From Chiloscyllium plagiosum (taxonomy: Eukaryota), in contig NC_057717.1 of assembly GCF_004010195.1 (NCBI RefSeq), positions 106,509,517 through 106,529,516 on the forward strand: a stretch of 20,000 nucleotides of DNA. The letters are read 5' to 3'. Within the stretch, counting starts at the first letter, position 1; each line of letters opens with the position of its first letter. This document shows positions 1 through 9,339 of the stretch, one piece after another. Position numbers and translations under genes: made by a program. Under the pieces are notes generated by a model, which saw nothing but the letters and a program-made list of their open reading frames with translations, was not told the origin of the DNA and ran no database searches.

Positions 1-170
1 GTAATGTGGATAGAGGAATGGCTAACTAATAGAAGTCAGAGAATTACCATTAGGGGAGCCTTTTTGGGATGAAAACCTGTAACGAGTGAAATGTCACAGG
101 GGTTATTGCTGGGCCACAATTATTTACAATATTTATTAATGACTTGGATGACAAAAGTGAATGTACTAGT
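1..170 (+). mobile_element. CR1-clade LINE ORF2 (reverse transcriptase) fragment, decayed
   Basis: Translates to WIEEWLTNRSQRITIRG..VTSEMSQGLLLGP.LFTIFINDLD, matching the CR1 RT motif WL..R.QRV...VTSGVPQGSVLGP.LF.I.INDLD; contains a stop and a frameshift. Confidence 0.85.
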
Positions 171-185
171 ATGATAATGCTGAAC

Positions 186-487
186 GGGCGATACAGTGGC
201 TCAGTGGTTAGTACTGTGTCTCCAAACACCAGAAACTCGGGTTCGATCCCAGCCTTGGGCGACTGTCTGTGTGGAGTTTGCACATTCCCCCCGTGTCTAC
301 GTAGGTCTACTCCGGGTGCTCCGGTTTCCTCTCACAATCCAAAGATGTGCAGGTTAGGTAAATTACCCATTGTATTCAGGGTAGTGTAGGTTAGAGGTAA
401 ATGTAGAGGTCTGGGTAGGTTACTCTTCAGAGGGTCGGTGTGGACCTGTTGGGCCAAAATGGCCTGTTTCCACACTGTAGGGATTCT
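186..487 (+). mobile_element. HE1-type (V-SINE) tRNA-derived SINE
   Basis: A box TGGCTCAGTGG, B box GGTTCGATCCC, central TCCGGGTGCTCCGGTTTCCTC..AAAGATGTGCAGGTTAG domain, CR1-like 3' tail GGCCTGTTTCCACACTGTAGGGATTCT. Confidence 0.9.
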
Positions 488-797
488 TTGAAAATTCCCT
501 GCTTTACCTGTCTTTTAGTCCCAAATTGACAGAGCACAGGCTGCATTTCTGTACCTAGCAAGATACTCTTTATTCCATATAAATATTCTAACGACTGATA
601 CACATACAATTAATAATTGTTGATACATAAATCTATCAGCTACACCTTTAACCCCTTTATAAAGTGCCCATTCAGACAGAAAGGGAGAAAAACATGTGTG
701 TTATGGGTGAAGGAAATGATGGGAAGGTTCTTGTTCACAGGTTTGGCTGAAGTGCAGCTTGTCTGTACCTGCTGTTCTATAAGCCCTTTTTCTCATA

Positions 798-886
798 CTA
801 CTGAAGGCGGGTCTCTGCACTCCAAATGTTAACTCTGCTTTCTTTCCATAGATGCTGCCAGACCTGAGTTTCTGCAGTAATTCCTG
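798..886 (+). mobile_element. Degenerate Penelope-like pLTR-derived short repeat (hammerhead core decayed)
   Basis: CTGAAGGCGGGTC..CAAATGTTAACTCTGCTTTCT..AGATGCTGCCAGACCTG resembles the reverse complement of 5950-6044 and 7698-7730. Confidence 0.6.
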
Positions 887-923
887 AATCTGTTCCTAAT
901 TTGCAAAATCTCTCTTCATCCTG

Positions 924-2280
924 GTAACCAAAGAAAACACATGCAACGTGCCTCAATGACTACTGCCTGGTGGCTCTGACCTCCATCACTATGAAATGCT
1001 TTGAGAGATTAGTCTTAGCTCATATTAATTCTAGCCTCCCAACCTGCCTCAATCCCTTGTAATTTGCCCAATGGTGCAACTGGTCCACAGCAGATGCCAT
1101 CTCCCTAGCCCTATATCCATCCATAGAACATCTGAATAATAAGAATACCTCTGTCAGGTTTCTACTTATTGACTACAACTCCACCTTCAACACTATCATT
1201 ACAACCAAACTAATCTCAAAACTCCGAAACCCAGGTCTCAGTTCCGCCCTCTGCAATTGGATCCTCAGCTTTCTGACCCACAGACCATAATCAGTGAAGA
1301 TAGACAATAGCATCTCCTCCAAGATAATCCTCAACACTGGCACCCTGCAAGAATGCATTCTCAGCCCCTTACTGTCCTCCCTGTACACTCACACTGTGTG
1401 GCCAACTCCCATCTGAACTCTATCCACAAGTTTGCTGACAACATCACCAATGCAAGCCACATACCAAACAATGACAAGACAGAACACAGCAAAGAGACAA
1501 AGTGCTTGGTGTCATGATGCAATGATACAAATCTCTTCCTCAATGTCACCAAACCCAAAGAGCTGATCATTGACTTCAGGAAACAAGGGGGAGGACATGC
1601 GCCTATCTACATCAACAGAGCTGAGGTAGAGATGGTCCGAGATTTTAAGTTCCTAGGAATGATGATCACCAATAATCTGTCCTGGTCAGATATGATGGTT
1701 AAGAAGCCACAACAACACCTTTTCTCCCTCATGGAGCCTCAGGGGATTTGGTGTGCCCATTAGGACCCTCACCAACCATTATAGTTACACCATAGAAAGT
1801 ATTCTATTTGGATGCATAATGGCTTAGTTTGGCAACTGCCCTCCCCAGAACTGTAAGACACTACAGAGAGTTATGTACACATCCCAGTTAATCACACAAA
1901 CCAACTTTCCATCCATTGACTCCATCTACACCTCTCGCTGCCACAGAAAGGCAGATATTATCAAAGACCCTTCCCGCACGACTATAATCTTTTCCAAACT
2001 CTTCCTTAAGGCAGAAAATACAGAAGCGTAAAGACACGTACCAACAGGTTCAAGAACAGCTTCTTCCCTGCTGCTATTAGACTGACGAATGGATCTTTCA
2101 AATTTTAAATCTAAAGTTGATCTTGCTTTTTGTGCACCCTCTTTACAGCTGGAACCTTGTATTCCTTGCTCTGTTCTATCACTTTGTGATCTTTGTATGG
2201 TATGATCCACCTGTACTGCACACAAAACAAAACTTTTCACTGTACCTAGTTACACGTGACAATAATAAATCAAATCAAAA
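924..2280 (+). mobile_element. Rex1/Babar-clade LINE, 5'-truncated, decayed RT plus 3' UTR
   Basis: Translates to [43 protein letters not shown] (FADD motif), KELIIDFRK; ends in AATAATAAATCAAATCAAAA tail; stops and frameshifts throughout. Confidence 0.85.
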
Positions 2281-2294
2281 AAATTCATTACTTA

Positions 2295-2672
2295 TTCCTG
2301 AAGTCCAGAGATCATTCTGGAACCTATGTTGTACTCTCTCCAAGGCCAATATACCCTTTCAGGGTGTGGTGCTCAGACTGCTCACAGTTCTATGTTCCTA
2401 AACCATGTTGACTAATAATCTTGAAATCATGTAATATAGCCATGTCATAATTTCTTTAATAATAGCTTCCAGAATTTTCCCGGTGACAGATGTTAAGCTA
2501 ACTACCTTGTTGTTCCCTGCTTTCCATTTTCCTCCCTTTTTGACATTTGCTACATTCAAATCTAATGAGATTTTGCCTGAATCAAGGGAGTTTTCAAATA
2601 TTAAAAGCAAAAAATCAACTATCTCACTTGCTACGTTTTTTAAGATGTAGGGATGAAGTCCATCAGAATCTG
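2295..2672 (-). mobile_element. CR1 LINE ORF2 fragments
   Basis: Minus ORF 2398-2706 contains DGLHPYILKNVASEIVDFLLLIFENSLDSG..NVANV..KKGG..AGN..VSLTSVTGKILEAIIK, the N-terminal RT region of CR1. Confidence 0.85.
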
Positions 2673-2679
2673 GGTAGCT

Positions 2680-2761
2680 GTCGAGAGTGTGGTGCTGGAA
2701 AAGCATAGTAAGTCAGGCAGCACCCAAGGAGCAGGAGAACCAACGTTTCAGGCAAGAGCCA
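2680..2761 (-). mobile_element. Penelope-like pLTR-derived short repeat, truncated within the hammerhead motif
   Basis: GTCGAGAGTGTGGTGCTGGAAAAGCA..GTCAGGCAGCA..GGAGCAGGAGAA..ACGTTTCAGGC is homologous to 4537-4628, 5429-5549 and 6592-6716. Confidence 0.75.
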
Positions 2762-2789
2762 AAAGGCTGATTTGGTTCGGCTGCCTATC

Positions 2790-3830
2790 TCCATGTCATA
2801 ACATCTGTATAACCTTTTCAATATTTTCTAAGTTTCAATAGGATCACCTCTCAATTTTTGCAACTCTAGAGATCACACACCCAGTTTGTCCAAACTCTCT
2901 TCAGCGGACAGTCCCACTATCCCAGGAACACGTCTGGTGGAATGTAGTTGCACCCTGTCTATAGTAATGATATAGGGAAGGAAACCAAAACTACAGTCTA
3001 ACCAAGCTCCGATACAATTAAAGCAAGACTTCACTACTCATGTACACAAATCTCCTTGCAATAAAGACTACCATTCCATTAGCCTTTCTAACAGCTTGCT
3101 ACTCCTGTAGGTTGGCCTTCAGTGACTTATTGATAAGGACACCTAGGTGCCTTTATCTATCTACACTTTCCAATCTCTTAGCTTTCTCAAAATACTCTGC
3201 ACATCTGTTTCTCCCGCCAAAGTGGATAACCTTATATTTTCCAATTACATTCCATCTGCCATGTTCTTGACCAATCAGGACACCTGTCCAAATCTTCCAG
3301 AAGCTGCTTTACACCTTCATCCCAACACACATTCCCGCTTTGTTTTGGATCAATATTACATTTCCTCTCCCCCTTGAAATCATTGGTCAAGATTGTGAGC
3401 AGCTGGGGCCAAGTTCTGGTCCTTGTGGTTACCCATCCATCCCAGCTGCCAACATGAGAATGACCCATTTATACCGACTCTCTGTTTCCTGTCTGTTTGC
3501 CAATCGGTAATCCTTCCCTCCTATCCCATGCATTTTAATCTTTCTAACCAGACTCTTGTAGGGAACCTCATCATAAGTCTTCTGAAAATCTAAATGTATT
3601 ATGTCTTTTAACTCTCCATTATCAATTGTGTTCATAATATCTTTAAAGTTTCCCATTCGCAAATCCATGTTGATCATATCCAAACAAATTATTATCATCC
3701 AGGTGTCTATTTATCCCATTGCTCATAACAGACTGTGGCATTTTCCTGATTATTGATGTAAGACTAACAGCTGTATGAGTTCCCTGTTTCCTTTCTCTTT
3801 AATAGTGGGGTAACGTATTCTAGCTTTCCA
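2790..3830 (-). mobile_element. CR1 LINE ORF2 fragment, decayed with internal deletions
   Basis: Minus-strand peptides DIIHLDFQKTYDEVPYKSLVRKIKMHGIGG and QLLEDLDRCPDWSRTWQMECN match CR1 RT motifs. Confidence 0.85.
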
Positions 3831-4015
3831 TATGCAGGAATCCTTCCTAAACCTATATAATCTAAGAATATATAACCATCGTACCCGCTACACCTTGTGG
3901 ACAATTAAACATCCCTCCACTAATATGGTCGATGTTAATAATGGGAGAACCCAGCACAGCATTCCAAAGACAAAGGCAATTACAAACATATTTTTGGTTG
4001 AAAAGCCAGAACTTT

Positions 4016-4511
4016 GTTTTTATTCATTCACAGGATGAGGGCATTACTGGCTAGACCAGCATTTACTGCCGAGCCCAAATTGCCTAGAGAGCAGCTTAGT
4101 GTCAACCACATTGCTGTGCATCTGGAGTCACATGTTGGCCAAACCAGGTAAGGATTACCTTCCTTGAAGGACATGAATGAACCAGGTGGGATTTTCTGAC
4201 AATCGGCAATGGATTCATGGTCGTCAGTGCACTCTTAAACCCAGATCTTTTTATTGAATTCAAATTGCACCATCTGCCATGGCAGGATTCATACCCAGGT
4301 CCCCAGGACATTAGGGACATTTAAGTGACTCTTGGATAGGCACATAGATGATAGTACAATGAAGGGTATGGAGGTTACTTTGATCTTAGAATAGGATAAA
4401 AGGTCGGCACAACATCGAGGGCCCAAGGACTGTGCTGTACTGTTCTATGTTCTATTTCCTGTGTCTCTGAATGAACAGTCCAGCAATACTAGCACTGAAC
4501 CATTGCCTCCC
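4016..4511 (-). mobile_element. tRNA-derived SINE (not HE1), split by a CR1 3' end insertion
   Basis: Minus strand begins GGGAGGCAATGGTTCAGTG (A-box-like), resumes after the insert with CTGGGTATGAATCCTGCCA (B-box-like), ends ...TAAATGCTGGTCTAGCCAG...GTGAATGAATAAAAA. Confidence 0.75.
4312..4455 (+). mobile_element. CR1 LINE extreme 3' end inserted in the SINE
   Basis: CATTTAAG..CTTGGATAGGCACAT..GTCGGCACAACATCGAGGGCC..GTGCTGTACTGTTCTATGTTCTAT (CR1 3' UTR with TTCTATG tail repeats). Confidence 0.8.
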
Positions 4512-4536
4512 GTGCTGAGTGGATGATCCATCTCAG

Positions 4537-4628
4537 TTGAAACTTTATTGCTGGAACAGCACAGCAGGTCAGGCAGCATCCAGGGAACAGGAGATTCGAC
4601 GTTTCGGGCACAGGCCCTTCTTCAGGAA
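4537..4628 (-). mobile_element. 92-bp Penelope-like mini-insertion with 15-bp TSD
   Basis: Flanked by exact GATGATCCATCTCAG at 4522-4536 and 4629-4643; carries a hammerhead motif and AATAAA on the minus strand. Confidence 0.85.
4595..4628 (-). ncRNA. Minimal type I hammerhead ribozyme motif, core intact
   Basis: Minus strand UUC-CUGAAGA-A-GGGC(CUGU)GCCC-GAAA-CG-UC/GAA: stem I UUC:GAA, 4-bp stem II, palindromic ACGU stem III, GUC cleavage triplet. Confidence 0.75.
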
Positions 4629-5428
4629 GATGATCCATCTCAGCCTCCTCCTGAGGTCCCCAGCAACACAAATGGAGTGTTCATTAGATTCACTCCACAT
4701 AATAACAAGAAATGGTTGGAGCACTACAAAGGTTAAGGCCCTGATAAGGTTGCAGCAATGGTATTGAAGATGTGTGCACCAAAACTTCCTGCACACCTTG
4801 CCAAATTGTTGCTGGATAGCTACGGCACTGACATCACCCAGCAATGAGGAAAATTGCCCAGGTAGGTCCTGTATATAAAAAAGCAGGACAAATCCAACCC
4901 GGCCCATGACCCTCCTTCAGATCGTCAGAAAATTGATGAAGGGGTTTTCAAAAGTGTGATCAAGTAGCAGCTGTTCAACAATAACCTGTTCAGTGATGCC
5001 CAGTTTGGGTTCCACCAGGGCCACTCAGCTCCTGACCTCATTAAAGCTTTGGTTTCAACATGGACAAAAAAGCTGAATTCCAGAGGGGAGGGGAGAGTGA
5101 CAGCCCTCGACATCAAGGCTGCCTTCAACCGAGTGTGGCATCAAGGAGCCCTAACAAAACTGGAATCAATGGGAGTCAAGGGGCAAACTCTCCACTGATT
5201 GTGGTCACACCTGACACACAGGAAGAAAGTTGTGGTTGTTGGAGATCAGTCATCTCAGCTCCAGGAGTTCCTCAGAGTAGTATCCTTGGCCCAACCATCT
5301 TCAACTGCTTCATCAATAACTTTCCCTCCATCATAAGGTCAGAAGTGGGGATGTTTACAGACGATTGTGCAATATTCAGCATCATTTGTGACTCATCAGA
5401 CATTGAAGCAGTCCATGTTAAAATACAG

Positions 5429-5718
5429 GGAGAAAGTGAGGACTGCAGATGCTGGAGATCAGAGCTGAAAATGTGTTGCTGGAAAAGCGCAGCAGGTCAG
5501 GCAGCATCCAAGGAGCAGGAGAATCGACGTTTCGGGCATGAGCCCTTCCTAACCTGCAATCTTCTTCCTGACCTCTCCGCCCCCACCCCCACTCCGGCCT
5601 ATCACCCCCACCTTAACCTCCTTCCACCTATCGCATTTCCAATGCCCGTCCCCCAAGTCCCTCCTCCCTACCTTTTATCTCATTCCTGAAGAAGGGCTCA
5701 TGCCCGAAACGTCGATTC
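5429..5718. mobile_element. Penelope-like insertion with inverted pLTR pieces and 17-bp TSD
   Basis: TCCATGTTAAAATACAG at 5412-5428 and 5719-5735; minus-strand pLTR piece 5429-5549 followed by a plus-strand C-rich segment ending in a hammerhead motif. Confidence 0.85.
5684..5715 (+). ncRNA. Minimal hammerhead ribozyme motif, core intact, very short stem I
   Basis: UC-CUGAAGA-A-GGGC(UCAU)GCCC-GAAA-CG-UC/GA. Confidence 0.65.
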
Positions 5719-5949
5719 TCCATGTTAAAATACAGCAAGCTTTGGACAATATCTAGGTTTGGGCTGACAAGTAATAAGCTTCATTTACACCATACAAGTG
5801 CCAGATATTGACCATCTCCAACAAGAGAAAATTCAACCATAAACCTTTGACATGCAATGGGTATTACGATGACTGATTCCCCCACTTTCAACATCCTGTG
5901 GTTAACATTGACCAAAAAGTGAACAAGTCACATCAATACTATTCAAAGA

Positions 5950-6044
5950 ACAAACAGCTGCTGGAAATCTGAAACAAAAAAAACACATTTTTGGAGAAAC
6001 TCAGTAGGTCTCCATCTAGGGAGAGAAAGCAGAGTCAATGTTTC
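5950..6044 (-). mobile_element. Penelope-like pLTR-derived repeat, left half of a copy split by CR1
   Basis: GCTGGAAATCTGAAACAAAA..GGAGAAACTCAG..GGTCT..CATCT..GAGAGAAAGCAGAGTCAATGTTTC; sequence resumes at 7698. Confidence 0.65.
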
Positions 6045-6588
6045 CATAAGACCATAGGAGCAAATTTGGCCATTTGGCTGATCGAGTCAGCTCCATCATT
6101 TGATCATGGCTGAAATGTTTCTCAACCCCGTTCTCCTGCCTTCTACTCGTAACCCTTGATCCACTTACTAATCACAAAACTATCTACTTTTGTCTTAAAT
6201 GCAGTGAATGGCTTAGCCTCCACAGCTTTCTGTGGCAATGAGCTCCACAGATTCACAACCCTCTGGTTACAGAAATTCCTCCTTATCTCAGTTCTAAAGC
6301 ATCATTCCTTCACTCTGAGGCCGGTGCCCTCAGGTCCCATTCTCTCCTACTGGTGGAAACATCTTCTCCACGTTCACTCTATCCAGGCCTCTCAGTATTA
6401 TGTACACTTCAATGAGATCCCCCTCACCTTTCTAAACTCCATCAGGTACAGATCCATAGTCCTCTTTACTAAAATGCATATCCTCACACTTTCCCACACT
6501 ATTCCATCTGCCACTTCTTTGCCCATTCTCCTAGCCTGTCCAAGTACTTCTGCAGCCTCCCTGCTTCCTTAATATTACCTCCCCGCCA

Positions 6589-6870
6589 AGTGAAAGTGAG
6601 GACTGCAGATGCTGGAGATTAGAGTCAAGAGTGTAGTGCTGGAAAGGCACAGCAGGTCAGGCAGCATCCAAAGAGCAGAGAATCGACGTTTCGGGCAAAA
6701 GCCCTTCAGCAGGAATGAGCACAGCAGGTCAGGCAGCATCCGAGCTGCAGGAGAGTCAATGTTTCAGGCAAAAGCCCTTCCTGATGAAGGGCTTTTGTCC
6801 GAAACATCGACTCTTCTGCTCCTTAGATGCTGCCTGACCTGCTGTGTTTTTCCAGCACTATGCTCTCGAC
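6589..6870. mobile_element. Penelope-like insertion with three pLTR pieces (two tandem minus, one inverted plus) and three mutated or truncated hammerheads
   Basis: Minus copies about 6592-6716 and 6718-6780, plus copy 6778-6870 (TTCCTGATGAAGGGCTTTTGTCCGAAACATC); imperfect TSD TACCTCCCCGCCA / TACCTCTCCTGCCA. Confidence 0.8.
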
Positions 6871-7332
6871 TACCTCTCCTGCCACCTATCTTTGTGTCAT
6901 CTCAAACTTAGCAACAATGCCCTCAGTTCCATCGTCCAGATCATTAATGTCTAATGTGAATAGCTGTCCCAACACAGAATCTGCGGAACTCCACTGGTCA
7001 CTGGATGCCATCCTGAAAAAGAGCCCTTCCTCCCCTTCTGCCAGTCAGACAATCCTCTGTTCATGCCAGTAACTTGCTGCAACACCATGATTTCTTATCT
7101 TGTTTTACAGACTCCTGTGCAGCGCCCTGTCAAAGGCCTTTTGGAAATCCAGATAGATCAGGTCCCCTCGCTTGCCTTTGTCTAACTTGCCCGTTACCTC
7201 CTCTAAAAATTCTAACAAATTTGTCAGGCCTGACCTCTCCTTGACGAAGCTATGCTGACTCAGTCCTACTTGACCATGCACTCTCAAGCACTTTGCAACT
7301 CATCCTTAATAATGGACTCTAAAACCTTATCA

Positions 7333-7442
7333 GTCAGGCAACATCTGAGGATCTCTTCGGATGCTGCCTTGACTGGCTGTGCTTTTCCAGCACAACACTC
7401 TCCGACTCTAATCTCCAGCATCTGTAGTCCTCACTTTCTCCT
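7333..7442 (+). mobile_element. Penelope-like mini-insertion with short inverted 5' end and 12-15 bp TSD, no hammerhead
   Basis: TCTAAAACCTTA at 7318-7329 and 7443-7454; GTCAGGCAACATCTGAGGA is inverted relative to TCTTCGGATGCTGCCTTGAC; ends CTCCAGCATCTGTAGTCCTCACTTTCTCC. Confidence 0.8.
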
Positions 7443-7697
7443 TCTAAAACCTTACCAATAACTGAGGTCAGGCTATCCAGCTTATAGATTCTGTCTTCTG
7501 CCTCCCTCCCTTATTAAACAGGGGGTGTTACATTTGAACCTTCCAGACTCCAGTGATTCCTGAAAGCTCACCACCAATGCCTCCAGCTATCTCCTTCAGA
7601 ACTGGTCTGAGTTATTTATCCACCTTCATACCTTTTGGCTTCCCTAGCACCTTCTCCTTCGTGATGGCTATTACACTTCTCTTCCCCCTCACGTCCT

Positions 7698-7730
7698 TGT
7701 TTTGGGTCCAGTGACCCTTCTTCAGAACTG
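7698..7730 (-). mobile_element. Right half of the split pLTR-derived repeat with a disrupted hammerhead
   Basis: Minus strand CAGTT-CTGAAGA-A-GGGTC(ACTG)GACCC-AAAACA. Confidence 0.65.
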
Positions 7731-8312
7731 ATTGCAGCATGTCTCTCCTGTTCACTCATCCTAAAAATAAGAAAGGTTTCTGCTTCATGATTTCCACATA
7801 GTGATTAGTTGGCATGATCTCTCTGATTGGCATTACTATGGAGAATGTACCAGGGAACTGCTTTGATTAATTAAAACACCAATGGTGCCTTCTCCTGCAG
7901 AGGCCTGGGCCCTATATATATTTGAATATTGAGTTTCTAGCAAGTATAAGGGAAGCACTTTATGAACCAAACTGATAATAGTGGGTGCAGTCAACTTTCC
8001 CAATGTTACAAGACTCGTAACAGAATGTGTAATGTTCAAGATGGTTCTACAATTGAATAGCACTTGCTGAACAATCCCATGTGCATTGAGAATTCCTATA
8101 ATAACCAGTTTAAAATTAACAGTTGAGTTCATAGTGTCATTCACTTAAACCCACTACAAGCTACATCTATTCATCCACAGGGACCTGTATTCTGCAGGAA
8201 ATAGAAAACTTCCCTTCAATACTGCACCTTTTTTTATATTAACCTTAATATAACAAATATCAGTAATAACTCCCTTGTGAATTATCCATCACAACACATC
8301 AAAGAGTCAACT

Positions 8313-8608
8313 TCATAGAATCACAACAGTGTCCCCATCGAGTCCACAATGACCCTCTGAAGAGCATCCCCCCCCCCCCCCCCCCCCAACCCTATCCCTG
8401 CATTTCCCTAGGCTAATCCACCTAATCTGCACACTATGGTCAATTTTCTGTGCACTGTGGGAGGAAACTGGAGCACCCAGAGGAAACCCACGCAGACACG
8501 GGGAGAATGTACAAACTCCATGCAGACAAATTACCCGAGGGGGGAATCAAACATGGGTCCCTGGTGCTGTGAGGTAGCAGCACTAACCACTGAGCCACCA
8601 TGCTTCCC
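8313..8608 (-). mobile_element. HE1-type SINE with internal poly(C) expansion
   Basis: Reverse complement of TGGCTCAGTGGTTAGTGCTGC (A box) and GGTTTCCTCTGGGTGCTCCAGTTTCCTCCCACAG domain. Confidence 0.9.
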
Positions 8609-8838
8609 TACTTGCTAACTAACCCACAACGTTTTCTCACACATCAGAAAACTGCAGACTGAATACATAGTGGGAAACTTTTCAACTCTTTCTTGTGTCT
8701 TTAGGCATCCATCTCAGAGATAGATGGCTGTGATATTTTTAAGTTCACAGCTTGATTCTGTCAGGAGCACAGCATTCCAAAGGACTAAGTTAAAAATCAC
8801 ACAACACCAGGTTATAGTCCAACAGGTTTATTTGGAAG

Positions 8839-8873
8839 CACTAGCTTTCGGAGCGACGCTCCTTCATCAGGTG
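8839..8873 (-). ncRNA. Minimal hammerhead ribozyme motif, core intact
   Basis: Minus strand CAC-CUGAUGA-A-GGAGC(GUC)GCUCC-GAAA-GC-UA/GUG. Confidence 0.75.
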
Positions 8874-9304
8874 ATTGTGGAGAATAAGATTGTAAGACAG
8901 AATTTATAGCAAAAGTTTACAGTGTGATGTAACTGAAATATTATATTGAAAAAGACCTGGATTGTTTGTTCAAAAACTGCATGAATCCGTCTAAGATTCT
9001 GTAAATCTGTTTTTTAGATTAGAATCAGTCTGACCATTGTGGCACAGACAGCCTCACACAGGGAGCTAACACCCTCAATACATTATCTGGGCCGGCATGA
9101 CACTGTTGTTAAAATTCACTTGAGAATGTAACTTTTAAAAAAAAAATGTGATTTACGTATGAAAGAACTGGAACCAACATGTTCATTCTAAAAGATGAGA
9201 GACTTAACAAACAATCCAGGTCTTTTTCAATATAATATTTCAGTTACGTCACACTGTAAACTTTTGCTATAAATTCTGTATCTTACAATCTTATTCTCCA
9301 CAAT

Positions 9305-9339
9305 CACCTGATGAAGGAGCATCGCTCCGAAAGCTAGTG
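9305..9339 (+). ncRNA. Minimal hammerhead ribozyme motif, core intact
   Basis: CAC-CUGAUGA-A-GGAGC(AUC)GCUCC-GAAA-GC-UA/GUG: stem I CAC:GUG, 5-bp stem II, palindromic AGCU stem III. Confidence 0.75.

Larger units (their letters stand above)
4655..5935 (+). mobile_element. CR1/L2-group LINE RT fragment, interrupted at 5429-5718
   Basis: Translates to QFGFHQGHSAPDL, LDIKAAFNRVWHQG, GVPQSSILGPTIFNCFINNFPSIIRSEVGMFTDDC (decayed FADD motif). Confidence 0.85.
6045..7697 (-). mobile_element. CR1 LINE (3' end at 6045), internally deleted, with two nested insertions
   Basis: CATAAGACCATAGGAGCA..GGCCATT 3' tail in reverse; peptide QHSFVKERSGLTNLLEFLEEVT..LDKG..DLIYLDFQKAFD on the minus strand. Confidence 0.88.

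Noticed and set aside
508..554. Possible minus-strand phase-1 exon (GTEMQPVLCQFGTKRQ) joining the leader exon
   Set aside because: Weak polypyrimidine tract and no recognisable domain; cannot be supported
728..780. Acceptor followed by GLAEVQLV, resembling an immunoglobulin VH start
   Set aside because: Similarity stops after five residues, the frame runs into a repeat, and there are no V-domain Cys/Trp motifs or RSS
5060..5689. 209-aa ORF as a novel protein
   Set aside because: Chance fusion of an off-frame and in-frame LINE RT fragment with the inserted pLTR sequence
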